NCBI GenBank assembly: GCA_050250855.1
Contig: JBFWNW010000004.1
Location: 128,001-192,000, forward strand
Direction: 5' to 3'
Source: Candidatus Babeliales bacterium
Lineage (GTDB): Bacteria > Babelota > Babeliae > Babelales > JACPOV01
Length of the DNA: 64,000 bases
Positions 47,928-58,132 of this stretch are shown here, in pieces. Position numbers and translations under genes: made by a program. Below the pieces are notes generated by a model. It was given only the letters and a program-made list of their open reading frames with translations, was not told where the DNA came from and did no database searches. Every line of letters starts with the position of its first letter. Position 1 is the first letter of the stretch.

Positions 47928-48554
47928 TTATTTTTTTGAAAATAAAACATTTCCCCATGTTTCATGATGAAAATGTTCAGCAACAACATGAAAGCCATTA
48001 TGTTCAAGAAAACTTTTTAGCTCAGGATAGAGTGTTTGATTTTTATACCGTGCTTCAAGTGTTGCTTCGGTGTAAATGGTATGTACTGTTTTTAAAATTT
48101 CTGGCGCAGCTTTGAGTACTGTCAGTTCCTGCCCTTGCAAGTCGAGCCATAAAAAATCTATTTTTTCTAGTTTATTGTTGCATGCCCAATCATCAAGCGT
48201 AATAGTTGGCACGGTAATTTCTTGAAAGGTAATAGTTGGTTTTTCTTGTTTTAAGGTTGTTGGTTCAAGCAGAGAACTAACTGCGCCCAATTCTGGGCTT
48301 ACATGCATCGTTGTTGTGCCCGTTTCCGAACTTAGTGCACTATTGAATATAGTTATGGATGGAATGCCAGCAACTGCTTTTTGTAGCTGTTCATATAAAT
48401 AAGGAACGGGCTCAAAAGCATAAATATGTGCATGAGGAAATAATGCATGCAATTTGAGGGTATCTCTTCCTTTATGCGCTCCAGCTTCTACTATAATTGC
48501 ATTTTCAGGTACATAGTTTTTGAGCAAAGGACGGTTGAGAGTTTGTTTATTCAT
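47928..48554 (-). CDS. FkbM-family SAM-dependent methyltransferase
   Basis: EAGAHKG, AFEP, TITLDDW, IDFLWLDLQGQEL; start placed at MNKQ overlapping the topA stop. Confidence 0.9.
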   Translation of the reverse strand: MNKQTLNRPLLKNYVPENAIIVEAGAHKGRDTLKLHALFPHAHIYAFEPVPYLYEQLQKAVAGIPSITIFNSALSSETGTTTMHVSPELGAVSSLLEPTTLKQEKPTITFQEITVPTITLDDWACNNKLEKIDFLWLDLQGQELTVLKAAPEILKTVHTIYTEATLEARYKNQTLYPELKSFLEHNGFHVVAEHFHHETWGNVLFSKK

Positions 48555-50811
48555 CAGCTTCTGGTTGTTTAACTTCTTTCTTGTAGCCGCATTCTTTATT
48601 TGCACAGGTTAAGGTGAGATTCCCATCCTTATCATATTTTTTTACTAAAAATGGTGCTTTGCATTGTGGACATTTTGTCTGTTCAATATCGCCAAAGATG
48701 ACAAATTTGCATTTTGGATAGTTAGCGCAGCCCCAAAAAACTTTGCCCTTCCATTGTTTTTTGGTGACGTCACCTTTATCAAGCGGGCATTTAAAATCAG
48801 CTTTTGTTTGTTGAATATATTTACATTCAGGATAACCGGAACAAGAAATAAATGGTCCAAAGCGTCCTACCATTTGACGCAATTTATGTTTTTTACATTT
48901 TGGACAGATTTCATCAAGAATTTTTGGTCCCTCAGTTTTTATAAGCTTAATAGTGCCATCTTCTTCACGCTTAAAATTACTGGTAAATTTACACTCTGGG
49001 TATCCTAAGCAGCCAAGGAATGAGCCGGTTTTAGAAATGCGAATGGCGAGCTTATTTTTTTTGCATTTCGGGCATGTAATATCTGTCGGCTCAACATGTT
49101 TTCCTTTTTCTCCTTGAAATGCTTTCAGATCTTTTTGAAAATCTTTATAAAAATCTTTTAAAAGTTTATCCCGTTTTAAATCACCTTTTGCAATCTTATC
49201 AAGATCTTCTTCCATGTGAGCGGTAAACTTAGTATTCATAATTTTAGGTAAATTTTCCGTTAACAGTTTAGTTACGGTCATACCAAGCTCAGTAGGGTGA
49301 AACTTTTTCTTTTCAAGGGTCGTGTAATCGCGCTTGCGAATGGTATTTAAAATGGTTGCATAGGTACTTGGTCGCCCAATTCCTTCTTTTTCCAGACCTT
49401 TTACTAAAGAAGCTTCAGTATAGCGAGCAGGAGGTTGGGTGAAATGTTGCTTTGTATCAACTTCAGTAAGTTTTACGGGATCTTTTTCTTTTAAATTACT
49501 TGGTATTTTTACTTTTTTCTCTTCTTCTTCATCTTCATCGCTTGCACTATACACTCGCAAATAACCATCAAAAATAAGCGTTGAACCCGTTACGCGGAAG
49601 GTAAAATCGCCACCAACAATGGTTACTTGGCGCTGTGCATATTCTGCTGGATTCATTTGGCATGCAACAAAACGTTTCCAAATAAGCTCATATAATTTTG
49701 CAGCATCAGCAGGAATATATTGCTTGACATAATCAGGGCTTAAGTGCACATCAATAGGACGAATTGCTTCGTGAGCATCCTGAGCCTTGCTTTTTCCTTT
49801 TACGTAGACTTGTGCGCTTGAAGGTAGATAATCTTTGCCAAAATTAGTATCAATAAATCCACGCGTAGATTTTATTGCCGTATCAGCAATACGCAAAGAG
49901 TCTGTACGCATATAGGTAATTAAGGCAACAGGAGAACTAGAATCTTCTAAAGGAATACCTTCATAAAGATTTTGAGCCAACTGCATTGTTTTTTTCACCG
50001 TAAAGCCAAGTTGATTATAAGCAGCTTGCTGCAGCGTACTGGTCATGAAGGGAGGATAAGGATTTTTTTTGCGTTGTTTATCTTGAATTGAATCAATGAG
50101 ATAGGAAGCTTTTTTTATTTGTTCGGTAATAGATTTTGCTTCTTTTTCATTGTTAATATCAATTTTTTTATTTTTGATTTGTACAAGAGGAGCATCGAAT
50201 TTACTTTTTTGATGTGCAAAAAGGCCATCAATAGACCAATATTCTTGTGGCTTGAATGCTCGTATTTCTTCTTCGCGATCGCAAATAAGTTTTAAGGCCA
50301 CCGATTGAACACGTCCAGCAGAAAGTCCTTTTTTTATTTTACGCCATAAAAGAGGAGAGACTTCGTAACCTACCCAGCGGTCAAGAACACGGCGCGCTTG
50401 TTGCGCAGCAACTTTATCAAGGTCAACCGTAGAAGGATGCTCAAGCGCTTCTGTTACTGCTGGTTTGGTAATTTCGTTAAACCAAATGCGGTGTATTTTA
50501 TTTTTTTTGGCTACTTTTTCTATTTCTTGCTCTATATGCCACGCAATAATTTCCCCTTCTCGGTCAGGGTCAGGAGCCAAATAAATTTCATCTGCTTTTT
50601 GTGCTTGTTTGCAGATATCAGCAATAATTTTTTCTTTATTTTCAATGACAACATAATCTAGGGTAATGTCGCCATTTACATGGACCCCCAATGTTCTTTG
50701 AGGGAGATCTTTAATATGTCCCAAGGTAGACATAATAACATAGTCTTTACCGAGGAACTTAGAGATCGTTTTAATTTTAGCAGGAGACTCAACAATTATT
50801 AATTTTTTCAT
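48547..50811 (-). CDS. topA: DNA topoisomerase I with C-terminal zinc ribbons
   Basis: IVESPAK, DPDREGE, SAGRVQS, LITYMRTDS, AHEAIRP, GIGRPSTYA, C4 repeats. Confidence 0.97.
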   Translation of the reverse strand: MKKLIIVESPAKIKTISKFLGKDYVIMSTLGHIKDLPQRTLGVHVNGDITLDYVVIENKEKIIADICKQAQKADEIYLAPDPDREGEIIAWHIEQEIEKVAKKNKIHRIWFNEITKPAVTEALEHPSTVDLDKVAAQQARRVLDRWVGYEVSPLLWRKIKKGLSAGRVQSVALKLICDREEEIRAFKPQEYWSIDGLFAHQKSKFDAPLVQIKNKKIDINNEKEAKSITEQIKKASYLIDSIQDKQRKKNPYPPFMTSTLQQAAYNQLGFTVKKTMQLAQNLYEGIPLEDSSSPVALITYMRTDSLRIADTAIKSTRGFIDTNFGKDYLPSSAQVYVKGKSKAQDAHEAIRPIDVHLSPDYVKQYIPADAAKLYELIWKRFVACQMNPAEYAQRQVTIVGGDFTFRVTGSTLIFDGYLRVYSASDEDEEEEKKVKIPSNLKEKDPVKLTEVDTKQHFTQPPARYTEASLVKGLEKEGIGRPSTYATILNTIRKRDYTTLEKKKFHPTELGMTVTKLLTENLPKIMNTKFTAHMEEDLDKIAKGDLKRDKLLKDFYKDFQKDLKAFQGEKGKHVEPTDITCPKCKKNKLAIRISKTGSFLGCLGYPECKFTSNFKREEDGTIKLIKTEGPKILDEICPKCKKHKLRQMVGRFGPFISCSGYPECKYIQQTKADFKCPLDKGDVTKKQWKGKVFWGCANYPKCKFVIFGDIEQTKCPQCKAPFLVKKYDKDGNLTLTCANKECGYKKEVKQPEADE

Positions 50812-51044
50812 AGTTCTCTATTTCTTTGCTTGATTTTCCTATATCCTTTTTATAATTATCTTACCTATACAGTAAGAATGCTAAGATGTAAAACTTCAAG
50901 ATATTCTTTAACTAGGTTAAATAAAAAATTTACAAAAAGTCAAACATGGATAGTTTTTGTTTATAAAAGATTTTTTAAATAATTGCAAGTGCATAGTGCT
51001 TTTTTTTGCTGAAAAATAAGGTTTTTAAATAAAAAGGGATTGCT

Positions 51045-51830
51045 ATGATATCAGGTTTATCGTCATTTAGTTTTTTAGGCAAACAATGGTTAAACTCTCT
51101 CAAATTTTTTTTGCCTAAGAATATTACGCTTTTTTTACTTGTTTCGCTCAATGCAATGTGGCAAGCGTGGAAGATTATAGGTTTTTATTTTTGGTGGATT
51201 TTCCTTATAGAACCAGCAATGGTTTATCTTAATCCTTTTATTTTAACGCTGCATAATTGGGTTGCTGTGAGTTTGTTTATGACCTTTTTTCTACCAGTTG
51301 TCCAACTAGCTATTTTATGTATTATTATTCTAGCTTTACGTCCTTCAGTTGCTTTGAAAAATTATCATTATTTTTCTCACTATACAGGCCATTTTTTGTC
51401 ATATCTTATGGTTATAGGAATTATTTTTTTTATTATGGTAATGGGGACAATTTTTAGTGTAACTCATACCTTTACCGCTTTTTTAAATCCGATGGTGCAG
51501 TGGTTTTTTATTCAATGTAGTATGAGCTTTATGATTTTTTCTGCATTCTTTTGCTTTGATGCGCCGTTAACCCCTGATGTATTGTTAAGTTTTTGGCGTG
51601 GCTTTAAAATGGTATGGTACGGGCTTCCTTTTTGTTTAGTATGTACTATTATTTTTTATAGCTTAGGATCGTTGTGTGCTGGCTTTTTATCATCGGTTGC
51701 CTCTGTTGCTCCAGGATTGATAGCATTCATCTTTTATATAGGTTATTATATACTATTATCCCTTTTGATAGCGGTATTTAATAATTTTTATCTTAAACGT
51801 GCGCATGAAGATTATGATCTTTATTTTTAA
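51045..51830 (+). CDS. Hypothetical integral membrane protein
   Basis: 261 aa with about 6 hydrophobic segments; SD upstream. Confidence 0.7.
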   Translation: MISGLSSFSFLGKQWLNSLKFFLPKNITLFLLVSLNAMWQAWKIIGFYFWWIFLIEPAMVYLNPFILTLHNWVAVSLFMTFFLPVVQLAILCIIILALRPSVALKNYHYFSHYTGHFLSYLMVIGIIFFIMVMGTIFSVTHTFTAFLNPMVQWFFIQCSMSFMIFSAFFCFDAPLTPDVLLSFWRGFKMVWYGLPFCLVCTIIFYSLGSLCAGFLSSVASVAPGLIAFIFYIGYYILLSLLIAVFNNFYLKRAHEDYDLYF

Positions 51831-51854
51831 ATAATTTTTTATGGTGAAATTTTT

Positions 51855-52574
51855 ATGATATTAATGATAGTAAGATCATTGCTTACCTACTGTATTGTAA
51901 CAATAGTTTTTATTATTGCGTTTATTCCCTGCTTTGTTATCGCCTGTTTGCCGGAACGATGGCGCTATGATAATCGTGTATATTATTGGTTTTCCAATCT
52001 GGTTTATTCTGTTGCCGTCTATGGTTCATTGGTGCCAGTTCGCGTGCAAGGACGAGAAAATCTTCCTGAACAGCCTGCGATTATTGTTGCTAACCATCAA
52101 TCTGCATTCGATATTCCTTTACTAGGATTCTTGCTCAAAGGAGCTCCCCACATATGGCTTTTTTTAGTTCGTTATGCAAAAATTCCTGTTTTTGGTTTTA
52201 TTGCACGCCGCATGAATGTCACGGTTGATCATAGCGGTTTACGCAAGCTTGTAGGATCATTAGATAAGGCAGCTGCTATTGTAAAAAGTCATGAAAGCCA
52301 TGTTATTATTTTTCCAGAAGGTGGACGTTTTAATGACGGTGTCGTTCACCGTTTTTTTTATGGTTTTGCAATTTTAGCACATAAAACAAAACGACCAGTC
52401 ATTCCTATAATGATGCGTAATCCAGGGAAAACATATCCACCCGGAGCCTTTTTGATAAGACCGTATCCTATAGATATACTAATAGGGGAACCTTTTACCA
52501 TTCAAGAAGGTGAAACAGAGGAGAGTTTTTTGCAGCGCGTTCATGCATGGTTTGATCAATATTCAGGGAAATGA
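51855..52574 (+). CDS. plsC: 1-acyl-sn-glycerol-3-phosphate acyltransferase family
   Basis: ANHQSAFD (HX4D) and IFPEGGR motifs. Confidence 0.88.
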   Translation: MILMIVRSLLTYCIVTIVFIIAFIPCFVIACLPERWRYDNRVYYWFSNLVYSVAVYGSLVPVRVQGRENLPEQPAIIVANHQSAFDIPLLGFLLKGAPHIWLFLVRYAKIPVFGFIARRMNVTVDHSGLRKLVGSLDKAAAIVKSHESHVIIFPEGGRFNDGVVHRFFYGFAILAHKTKRPVIPIMMRNPGKTYPPGAFLIRPYPIDILIGEPFTIQEGETEESFLQRVHAWFDQYSGK

Positions 52575-53575
52575 GTGTGGATTATTTTTTTCGTTTAGCA
52601 CATAAAGAAGTGGCATTTTTTATTATTATAGTCGTTCTAGCAGCGGCATTGTGGCGTTATAAATTTTACAAGTCGGCTACCTATTCCTATTCACTTACTC
52701 ATTATTTGACAACGGCATTACCTGTTTTGTCAGTACCACTCTATAAAATAGTTCCTTTTGTCTTAAGATTGCTTGCCTTACTTGTACTTGCATTATTAGT
52801 TGCAAGACCGCAACTGGTAAATGTACATTCTAAAGTTCATGTTGAAGGGCATGATATTATGCTTGTGCTTGATGCTTCTGGAAGTATGCAATGTTTTGAT
52901 GATCTACAAGATAAGCGTCCCCGTTTTCAAGTTGCAAAGGAAGAGGCTATTCGTTTTATTGAAAAAAGACAAGATGATCAAGTTGGCTTGGTTATTTTTG
53001 GTAAGGATGCCATTTCACGATGTCCTTTGACGCTGGATCATCATATTCTTAAAGGGATTCTTGAGGATCTCAAGCTTGGTGATATAGATCCTGATGGTAC
53101 CGTCTTGAGTATTGCTCTTTCTATGGCAGCAAATAGATTAAAACAATCGAAAGCTAAAACAAAATTAATTATAGCATTAACCGATGGTGAGCCGACGCCA
53201 GGTGTTGATATTCAACCGCAAATAGCCGTTGCTTTAGCAAAAAAGCTTGGGGTGAAAATATACACGATTGGGATAGGAAATGATCAAGGAGGTTTCTGGT
53301 ACGATCCTCTTTTTGGGGTGCGATCAACCGGCTTTAAAGTAAATAAAGATTTGCTGCGTGCAGTTTCAAGTGAAACGGGAGGCAAATTCTTTTATGCGCA
53401 TAATCCCGATGAATTGGCAAAAATATATGATGCCATTGATCAGTTAGAAAAAACTGAATATGAAACCTCTGTTTTTTCTCATTATTATGAATTGACATTT
53501 TTGTTTATCAGTCTAATTCTAATACTACTATTAATCGAGTTATTGACTACAACATTTGTATGGTTTCGAGTATGA
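52571..53575 (+). CDS. batA: BatA-like membrane-anchored vWA protein
   Basis: LLVARPQ, DASGSM MIDAS, PLTLDH, LTDG, KIYTIGIG, ETGGKFF, IDQLEK. Confidence 0.85.
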   Translation: MSVDYFFRLAHKEVAFFIIIVVLAAALWRYKFYKSATYSYSLTHYLTTALPVLSVPLYKIVPFVLRLLALLVLALLVARPQLVNVHSKVHVEGHDIMLVLDASGSMQCFDDLQDKRPRFQVAKEEAIRFIEKRQDDQVGLVIFGKDAISRCPLTLDHHILKGILEDLKLGDIDPDGTVLSIALSMAANRLKQSKAKTKLIIALTDGEPTPGVDIQPQIAVALAKKLGVKIYTIGIGNDQGGFWYDPLFGVRSTGFKVNKDLLRAVSSETGGKFFYAHNPDELAKIYDAIDQLEKTEYETSVFSHYYELTFLFISLILILLLIELLTTTFVWFRV

Positions 53576-54579
53576 ATTTTTCTTTTTTTGGTATAACATT
53601 TCAAGCGCCAGAGCTATGGAAGCTACTTCCTTTTTTTCTTATAGGAGGGGCTCTTTGCTCATGGCAATGTTACAAGCGATGTTTGTCATATGATGTGCTT
53701 GCGGTTTCTAAATGGCGATCGTTATTGCTCAAGCATGCATCAAAAGTAAGGCAATGGGCAAAAAGCATACTTTTTTCTTTAGGATTATTATTTCTTTTTA
53801 TAACATTATTGCGCCCTGCATGGGGTAAAAAAGAAGATATTATCAAGCAGGAAGGGCGCGATCTTTTAATAGCACTTGATGTTTCAAAAAGTATGCTAGC
53901 ACAAGATAGATCCCCAAACAGATTAGAATTTGCTAAAGCAAAAATAAAAAAATTATTACACAAGCTTGATTACGAGCGCGTAGGGCTTATGCTCTTTGCT
54001 GGAGCAACCATAGTGCAATGTCCTCTAACTAATGATTATAAAGCATTCTATATGTTCCTTGATCAAGTTGATCAAAATACCATATCTTCAGGCAGTACTG
54101 CTCTTGATCAAGCACTCATGAAAGCTCTTGAACTGTTTGAAAAGATGCCATCAAAAAAGAATAAACTGCTTGTTATTTTTACGGATGGTGAAGATTTTTC
54201 TAGTAATTTGAGTACTATTCGTGCAAAAGCTGCTTCAATGGGTCTGACAATTTTTACCGTAGGCCTTGGAACAGCGGAAGGTGCACCGATTCCTTTGTAT
54301 GATGAGCGCGGAGAATCAATTGGTCATCAAAAAGATGAAAAAGGTTCCGTGGTAATTAGCCGATTAAATGAAGGAATCTTGCGTACATTAGCAGATGAAA
54401 CCGGCGGCTCATATGTGCTTGCTCAAGAAAATAATGAAGATATTGCTACCATTATAAAACGCGTGCAGCAATTTGAAAAGGAAGCGATTGAAGATAAACG
54501 AATTATTCAGGTTGAAGAACGCTATCCGTATTTTGCTGCAGTATCGTTATTTTTTTTTATTCTTGAATGGTTGTTATGA
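53572..54579 (+). CDS. batB: BatB-like membrane-anchored vWA protein
   Basis: RPAWG, DVSKSMLAQD..PNRL, PLTND, TDGED, GTAEGAPIP, VISRLNE. Confidence 0.87.
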   Translation: MNFSFFGITFQAPELWKLLPFFLIGGALCSWQCYKRCLSYDVLAVSKWRSLLLKHASKVRQWAKSILFSLGLLFLFITLLRPAWGKKEDIIKQEGRDLLIALDVSKSMLAQDRSPNRLEFAKAKIKKLLHKLDYERVGLMLFAGATIVQCPLTNDYKAFYMFLDQVDQNTISSGSTALDQALMKALELFEKMPSKKNKLLVIFTDGEDFSSNLSTIRAKAASMGLTIFTVGLGTAEGAPIPLYDERGESIGHQKDEKGSVVISRLNEGILRTLADETGGSYVLAQENNEDIATIIKRVQQFEKEAIEDKRIIQVEERYPYFAAVSLFFFILEWLL

Positions 54580-55721
54580 AGATAAGTAAATTAATTATTT
54601 TATTTTTTTGTAGTTCTCTGCAGGCAGGGCCACTTTCATTTTTCAAGCAGCGTAATGCTGTCAATGCATATCATATGAAAGATCTTGATACGGCAGAAAC
54701 GCTTTTTAAAGATCTTGTTTTGCAGGATTATCGTGATATGCATGCAGTGTATAATCTTGGTAAAGTTGCTTATGCAAAGAAAAATTTTGCTCAAGCTGAA
54801 GGATATTTTCAGGAAGTGGTTAATGCGCAACAAAGTACTGGGCAAGAAAAACTACAGGCTAGCTTTGATGCCGGTAATGCACAAGTACGTCAAGAAAAAT
54901 TTCACGAGGCACTTGATTCGTATCAAAAAGTTCTAGAATTTGATTCTCAGCATCAGCAAGCACAAGAAATGATTGAACAGCTTAAAAAGTTGCTTGAAGA
55001 ACAAAAAAAGCAAGAAGAGCAGCAAAAGCAGGAACAACAAGAAAAAAAAGATCAACAAAAAGATAAAGAGCAAAATAATAAAAATGATTCTCAGCAGCAA
55101 AAATCTGAGGATCAGTGTGATCAGCAAAAACAAGAAGACAAGAATAATAATGCTGATCAGCAGCAGAAGGATGACCAGGATAATAAGCAGTCAGATCAAC
55201 AAAATCAGGACAAAAAAGAACAAGATAATCAAAAAAATAATGCCAATAATAATCAATCATCAGATTCTGGTGGAAAACCAAAAGATCGAGGTGGTGAACA
55301 AAACAAGAGCGACAAAAAAAGCGATGACCTTGAGAGCCAAGAAGAAGGAAAGAACCAAGAACAGCGTGGGGCTGAAGAGAAGAAGGATAGTTCCGGCAAA
55401 GATTCTGAGGGGCAATCTGGTCAAGAAATGAATGATGACCTTGAACAGGACAAAGCCTCCAATGATGCTCAGCAGGGGAAAGAGCAAAAAGATAATCATA
55501 CATCTCCTTCAAAAAATGATTCTTCTTTAAATGATACGCAAGAAGGGCAACAACTACAAGAATCTGAAGATAAAGAAGAAAAACCAGATGAAAGACTTTC
55601 AGAACAAGAAGCACAATTTTTACAACTACTTGAAGAAAAAGATGCAAACTCATTAAAGAAAATGCTTAAAGGAACTATAAAAACAAAAATGCCTCAGCAA
55701 TCAGGACAAAAAAATTGGTAA
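54576..55721 (+). CDS. batC: BatC-like TPR protein with Q/D/N/K-rich low-complexity tail
   Basis: TPR motifs (YNLG, DAGNA), long polar linker, terminal KNW. Confidence 0.8.
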   Translation: MKISKLIILFFCSSLQAGPLSFFKQRNAVNAYHMKDLDTAETLFKDLVLQDYRDMHAVYNLGKVAYAKKNFAQAEGYFQEVVNAQQSTGQEKLQASFDAGNAQVRQEKFHEALDSYQKVLEFDSQHQQAQEMIEQLKKLLEEQKKQEEQQKQEQQEKKDQQKDKEQNNKNDSQQQKSEDQCDQQKQEDKNNNADQQQKDDQDNKQSDQQNQDKKEQDNQKNNANNNQSSDSGGKPKDRGGEQNKSDKKSDDLESQEEGKNQEQRGAEEKKDSSGKDSEGQSGQEMNDDLEQDKASNDAQQGKEQKDNHTSPSKNDSSLNDTQEGQQLQESEDKEEKPDERLSEQEAQFLQLLEEKDANSLKKMLKGTIKTKMPQQSGQKNW

Positions 55722-55737
55722 TGAGGTAAGGATTGTT

Positions 55738-57426
55738 ATGATAAAAATGAGATTTTTAGCAATTTTTTTACTTTCCATGTTTGCAGTAGGAGCGCAAGAA
55801 CATGTTGCATTACGCATACTTGATATAAATGGTGCATCATTGGCTAATCCCGCAGTTGGTATTCCTTTTCTTGTTGAAGTACAAGTAACCAGTCAAGATA
55901 CCGTGCCGGGTACACCTCAAGTTGCGGGATTACATAATTTAGTTGTTGAAGGAAAAGGTCATGTGAGCACCATAAATTCTGTGGTGAATGGTGTGCGTTC
56001 AACAAGAAAAATATTTCAATATCGTGTACATGCAGATAATCCTGGCATGTATACGTTGGGGCCGGCATGCATTAATGGAAAGCGACGATTACAATCAAAC
56101 ATTGTAACTATAGAAGTTCTTAAAGATCAGCCGGTGCATAAAAAAATGGAGCCATTTTTAAAGCTAATGCTTAATAAGCAAACGGCAGTTGTGGGAGAAC
56201 CAATTTTATGTTCTTTGCGTTTTTATCCTTTTAACTCAGTAACGCTTGATGGTCTTTCTGAACCAAAATTTAAAGATTTTTCAACAACAGGTCTTGAAGG
56301 GCCTTATACAGGATCAGAAGTTGTTGAGGGAAACAATCTTACGTTTATTGAATGGCGTACAACGCTCTATCCCAAAAAAGCAGGCAAACTTACTATTCCT
56401 TCTATTGCTGCTCTTTATAAAAAGAAACGTAATCAGCATGTTCCTCATGGCTTTGAAATGTTTGATCGTTTATTTAATAGTGGCATGGAGCAAAAACAGA
56501 TTTTTTCTCAAGCCGTTTCGCTTGATGTGCAAGAACTGCCTGAACATACTGGTCCTGTTCATGGTATTGGTGTATATGATTCATTAACTGCGGAAGTTGA
56601 TCATGCACAAGCGCAGGAAGGAGAGGGTATTGTGTACCGATTGACTCTTAAAGGAGATGGGGATCTTCAATCTATTCAGCCTCTAGAACTTACCATGCAA
56701 GAGGGTTTGAAATATTATGAATCAAAAAATTTTATTGATGCTGCAAAAAAAGAAAAAACATTTGAATATATTGTACAAGGTATAAAAGCTGGCTCATGGG
56801 AAATTCCACCAGCTCGGTTTACCTATTATGATTTACAAAAAAGAGCATATGTTACGCTAGAAAGTAATCCTATCATCATAACAATTAATGAATCAGCGCA
56901 TCAAAAAGATTTGTATGCTGAAAAACAAAACAAAGAGGGCCAAAAGAAGGACGAAGAATCGCATGTAATGCTCAATGAGGGGCCGTGGTATGCGCATAAA
57001 GAACGTTCTTTATCATGGTGGCTATTTTGGTTATTATTTTTTATACCGCTAGTAGGCATTGCTTATAGCTTGATCAATAGATTCATAGAAAATTATTATA
57101 CGCAACATAGTGCAATGTTTAGAAAGAAAAAAGCATTCTCTCATGCACGCGCAGCACTCAAGGCGGCAGAATTAAGCAATAATCAGCAAAATCTATATAC
57201 TATTTTTGTACAATGTTTTGTTGATCGTTGTGCATTAGTACCGTCTGCCGTTACGGTAGAATCTATAGATAGCTACTTGCACCAAGCAGGTATGCCAGTA
57301 GAAGTGCGTAAACAATGGCAAGAATTTTTTGATACCATTGTTCAAATTAAATTTTTTCAGGGTTTTAAAGCAGATATTTTTAAAGAAGCGTATACATGGC
57401 TAAATCAATTAGAAAATTATATATAA
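55738..57426 (+). CDS. batD: BatD-like protein
   Basis: Ig-like repeats (GMYTLGPA, VGEPI, AGKLTIP, EIPPARFTYYD), C-terminal TM, operon position. Confidence 0.82.
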   Translation: MIKMRFLAIFLLSMFAVGAQEHVALRILDINGASLANPAVGIPFLVEVQVTSQDTVPGTPQVAGLHNLVVEGKGHVSTINSVVNGVRSTRKIFQYRVHADNPGMYTLGPACINGKRRLQSNIVTIEVLKDQPVHKKMEPFLKLMLNKQTAVVGEPILCSLRFYPFNSVTLDGLSEPKFKDFSTTGLEGPYTGSEVVEGNNLTFIEWRTTLYPKKAGKLTIPSIAALYKKKRNQHVPHGFEMFDRLFNSGMEQKQIFSQAVSLDVQELPEHTGPVHGIGVYDSLTAEVDHAQAQEGEGIVYRLTLKGDGDLQSIQPLELTMQEGLKYYESKNFIDAAKKEKTFEYIVQGIKAGSWEIPPARFTYYDLQKRAYVTLESNPIIITINESAHQKDLYAEKQNKEGQKKDEESHVMLNEGPWYAHKERSLSWWLFWLLFFIPLVGIAYSLINRFIENYYTQHSAMFRKKKAFSHARAALKAAELSNNQQNLYTIFVQCFVDRCALVPSAVTVESIDSYLHQAGMPVEVRKQWQEFFDTIVQIKFFQGFKADIFKEAYTWLNQLENYI

Positions 57427-58115
57427 AGATTTTTTGTTTAGGATTGTTAGTGCTGCCTAATTTTGTGCATGCGCACAATAATCAAGAACTTTTTTTGCAA
57501 GCAAATCTTGCTTATCAACAAGGAGATTTTGATCAAGCATTGCGTTTATATGAGAAAATTAATAATAAAGGCCTTGCAGTACTTCATAACATGGCACATG
57601 CATTTTATCAACAAGTAGATTTTGTCAATGCATTACTTTTTTACAAGCGCGCACAAAAAACTGCTGATGTAGTTCTTTATGATGAATTGGAAAAATCAAT
57701 TGATGACGTAGCAACAAAATTGGGTGTTAATCAACAAAAAGGATCTTTTGCTTGGTTAGAGCGTTTCACGCATTATGCATCATTATTTGTATGGCAAATA
57801 ATTTTTTTAGTTTTATGGTTTTTAATATGGGGACTTTATTATACGAAAAAAAAGGTTTTAGCTTATTTTTTTATAGTTCCATTGGGCGCTGTGGCAAGTG
57901 TATTATGCGTGATTTATATACTTTCTGGACGATTAGCAGCCTTTGTTCTAGAAGATAGTTTTTTGTATATTAGTCCAAGCGATAAAGTTGCTCAGCAAAC
58001 TGCTCTTAAAAAAGGTGAGCAGGTTATTATTCGTGAAAAAATTGATGGGTGGTACAAAGGAGAAGCGCGAGGCATAGTAGGCTGGGTTGCAGAGAAAAAT
58101 TTGGTTGAGATTTAG
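57396..58115 (+). CDS. batE: BatE-like TPR + SH3b protein
   Basis: FLQANLAYQQGDF TPR, two TM helices, GEQV...GWY...GWV SH3-like end. Confidence 0.8.
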   Translation: MAKSIRKLYIKIFCLGLLVLPNFVHAHNNQELFLQANLAYQQGDFDQALRLYEKINNKGLAVLHNMAHAFYQQVDFVNALLFYKRAQKTADVVLYDELEKSIDDVATKLGVNQQKGSFAWLERFTHYASLFVWQIIFLVLWFLIWGLYYTKKKVLAYFFIVPLGAVASVLCVIYILSGRLAAFVLEDSFLYISPSDKVAQQTALKKGEQVIIREKIDGWYKGEARGIVGWVAEKNLVEI

Positions 58116-58132
58116 AAAAAAGGTTTGCATCT

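Noticed and set aside
47392..48115. Short ORFs across the inverted-repeat element
   Set aside because: No transposase or other motif; they overlap hairpins and neighbouring genes.
54933..55653. Alternative-frame ORFs in the batC low-complexity region
   Set aside because: Artefacts of the Q/D/N/K-rich purine-biased linker.
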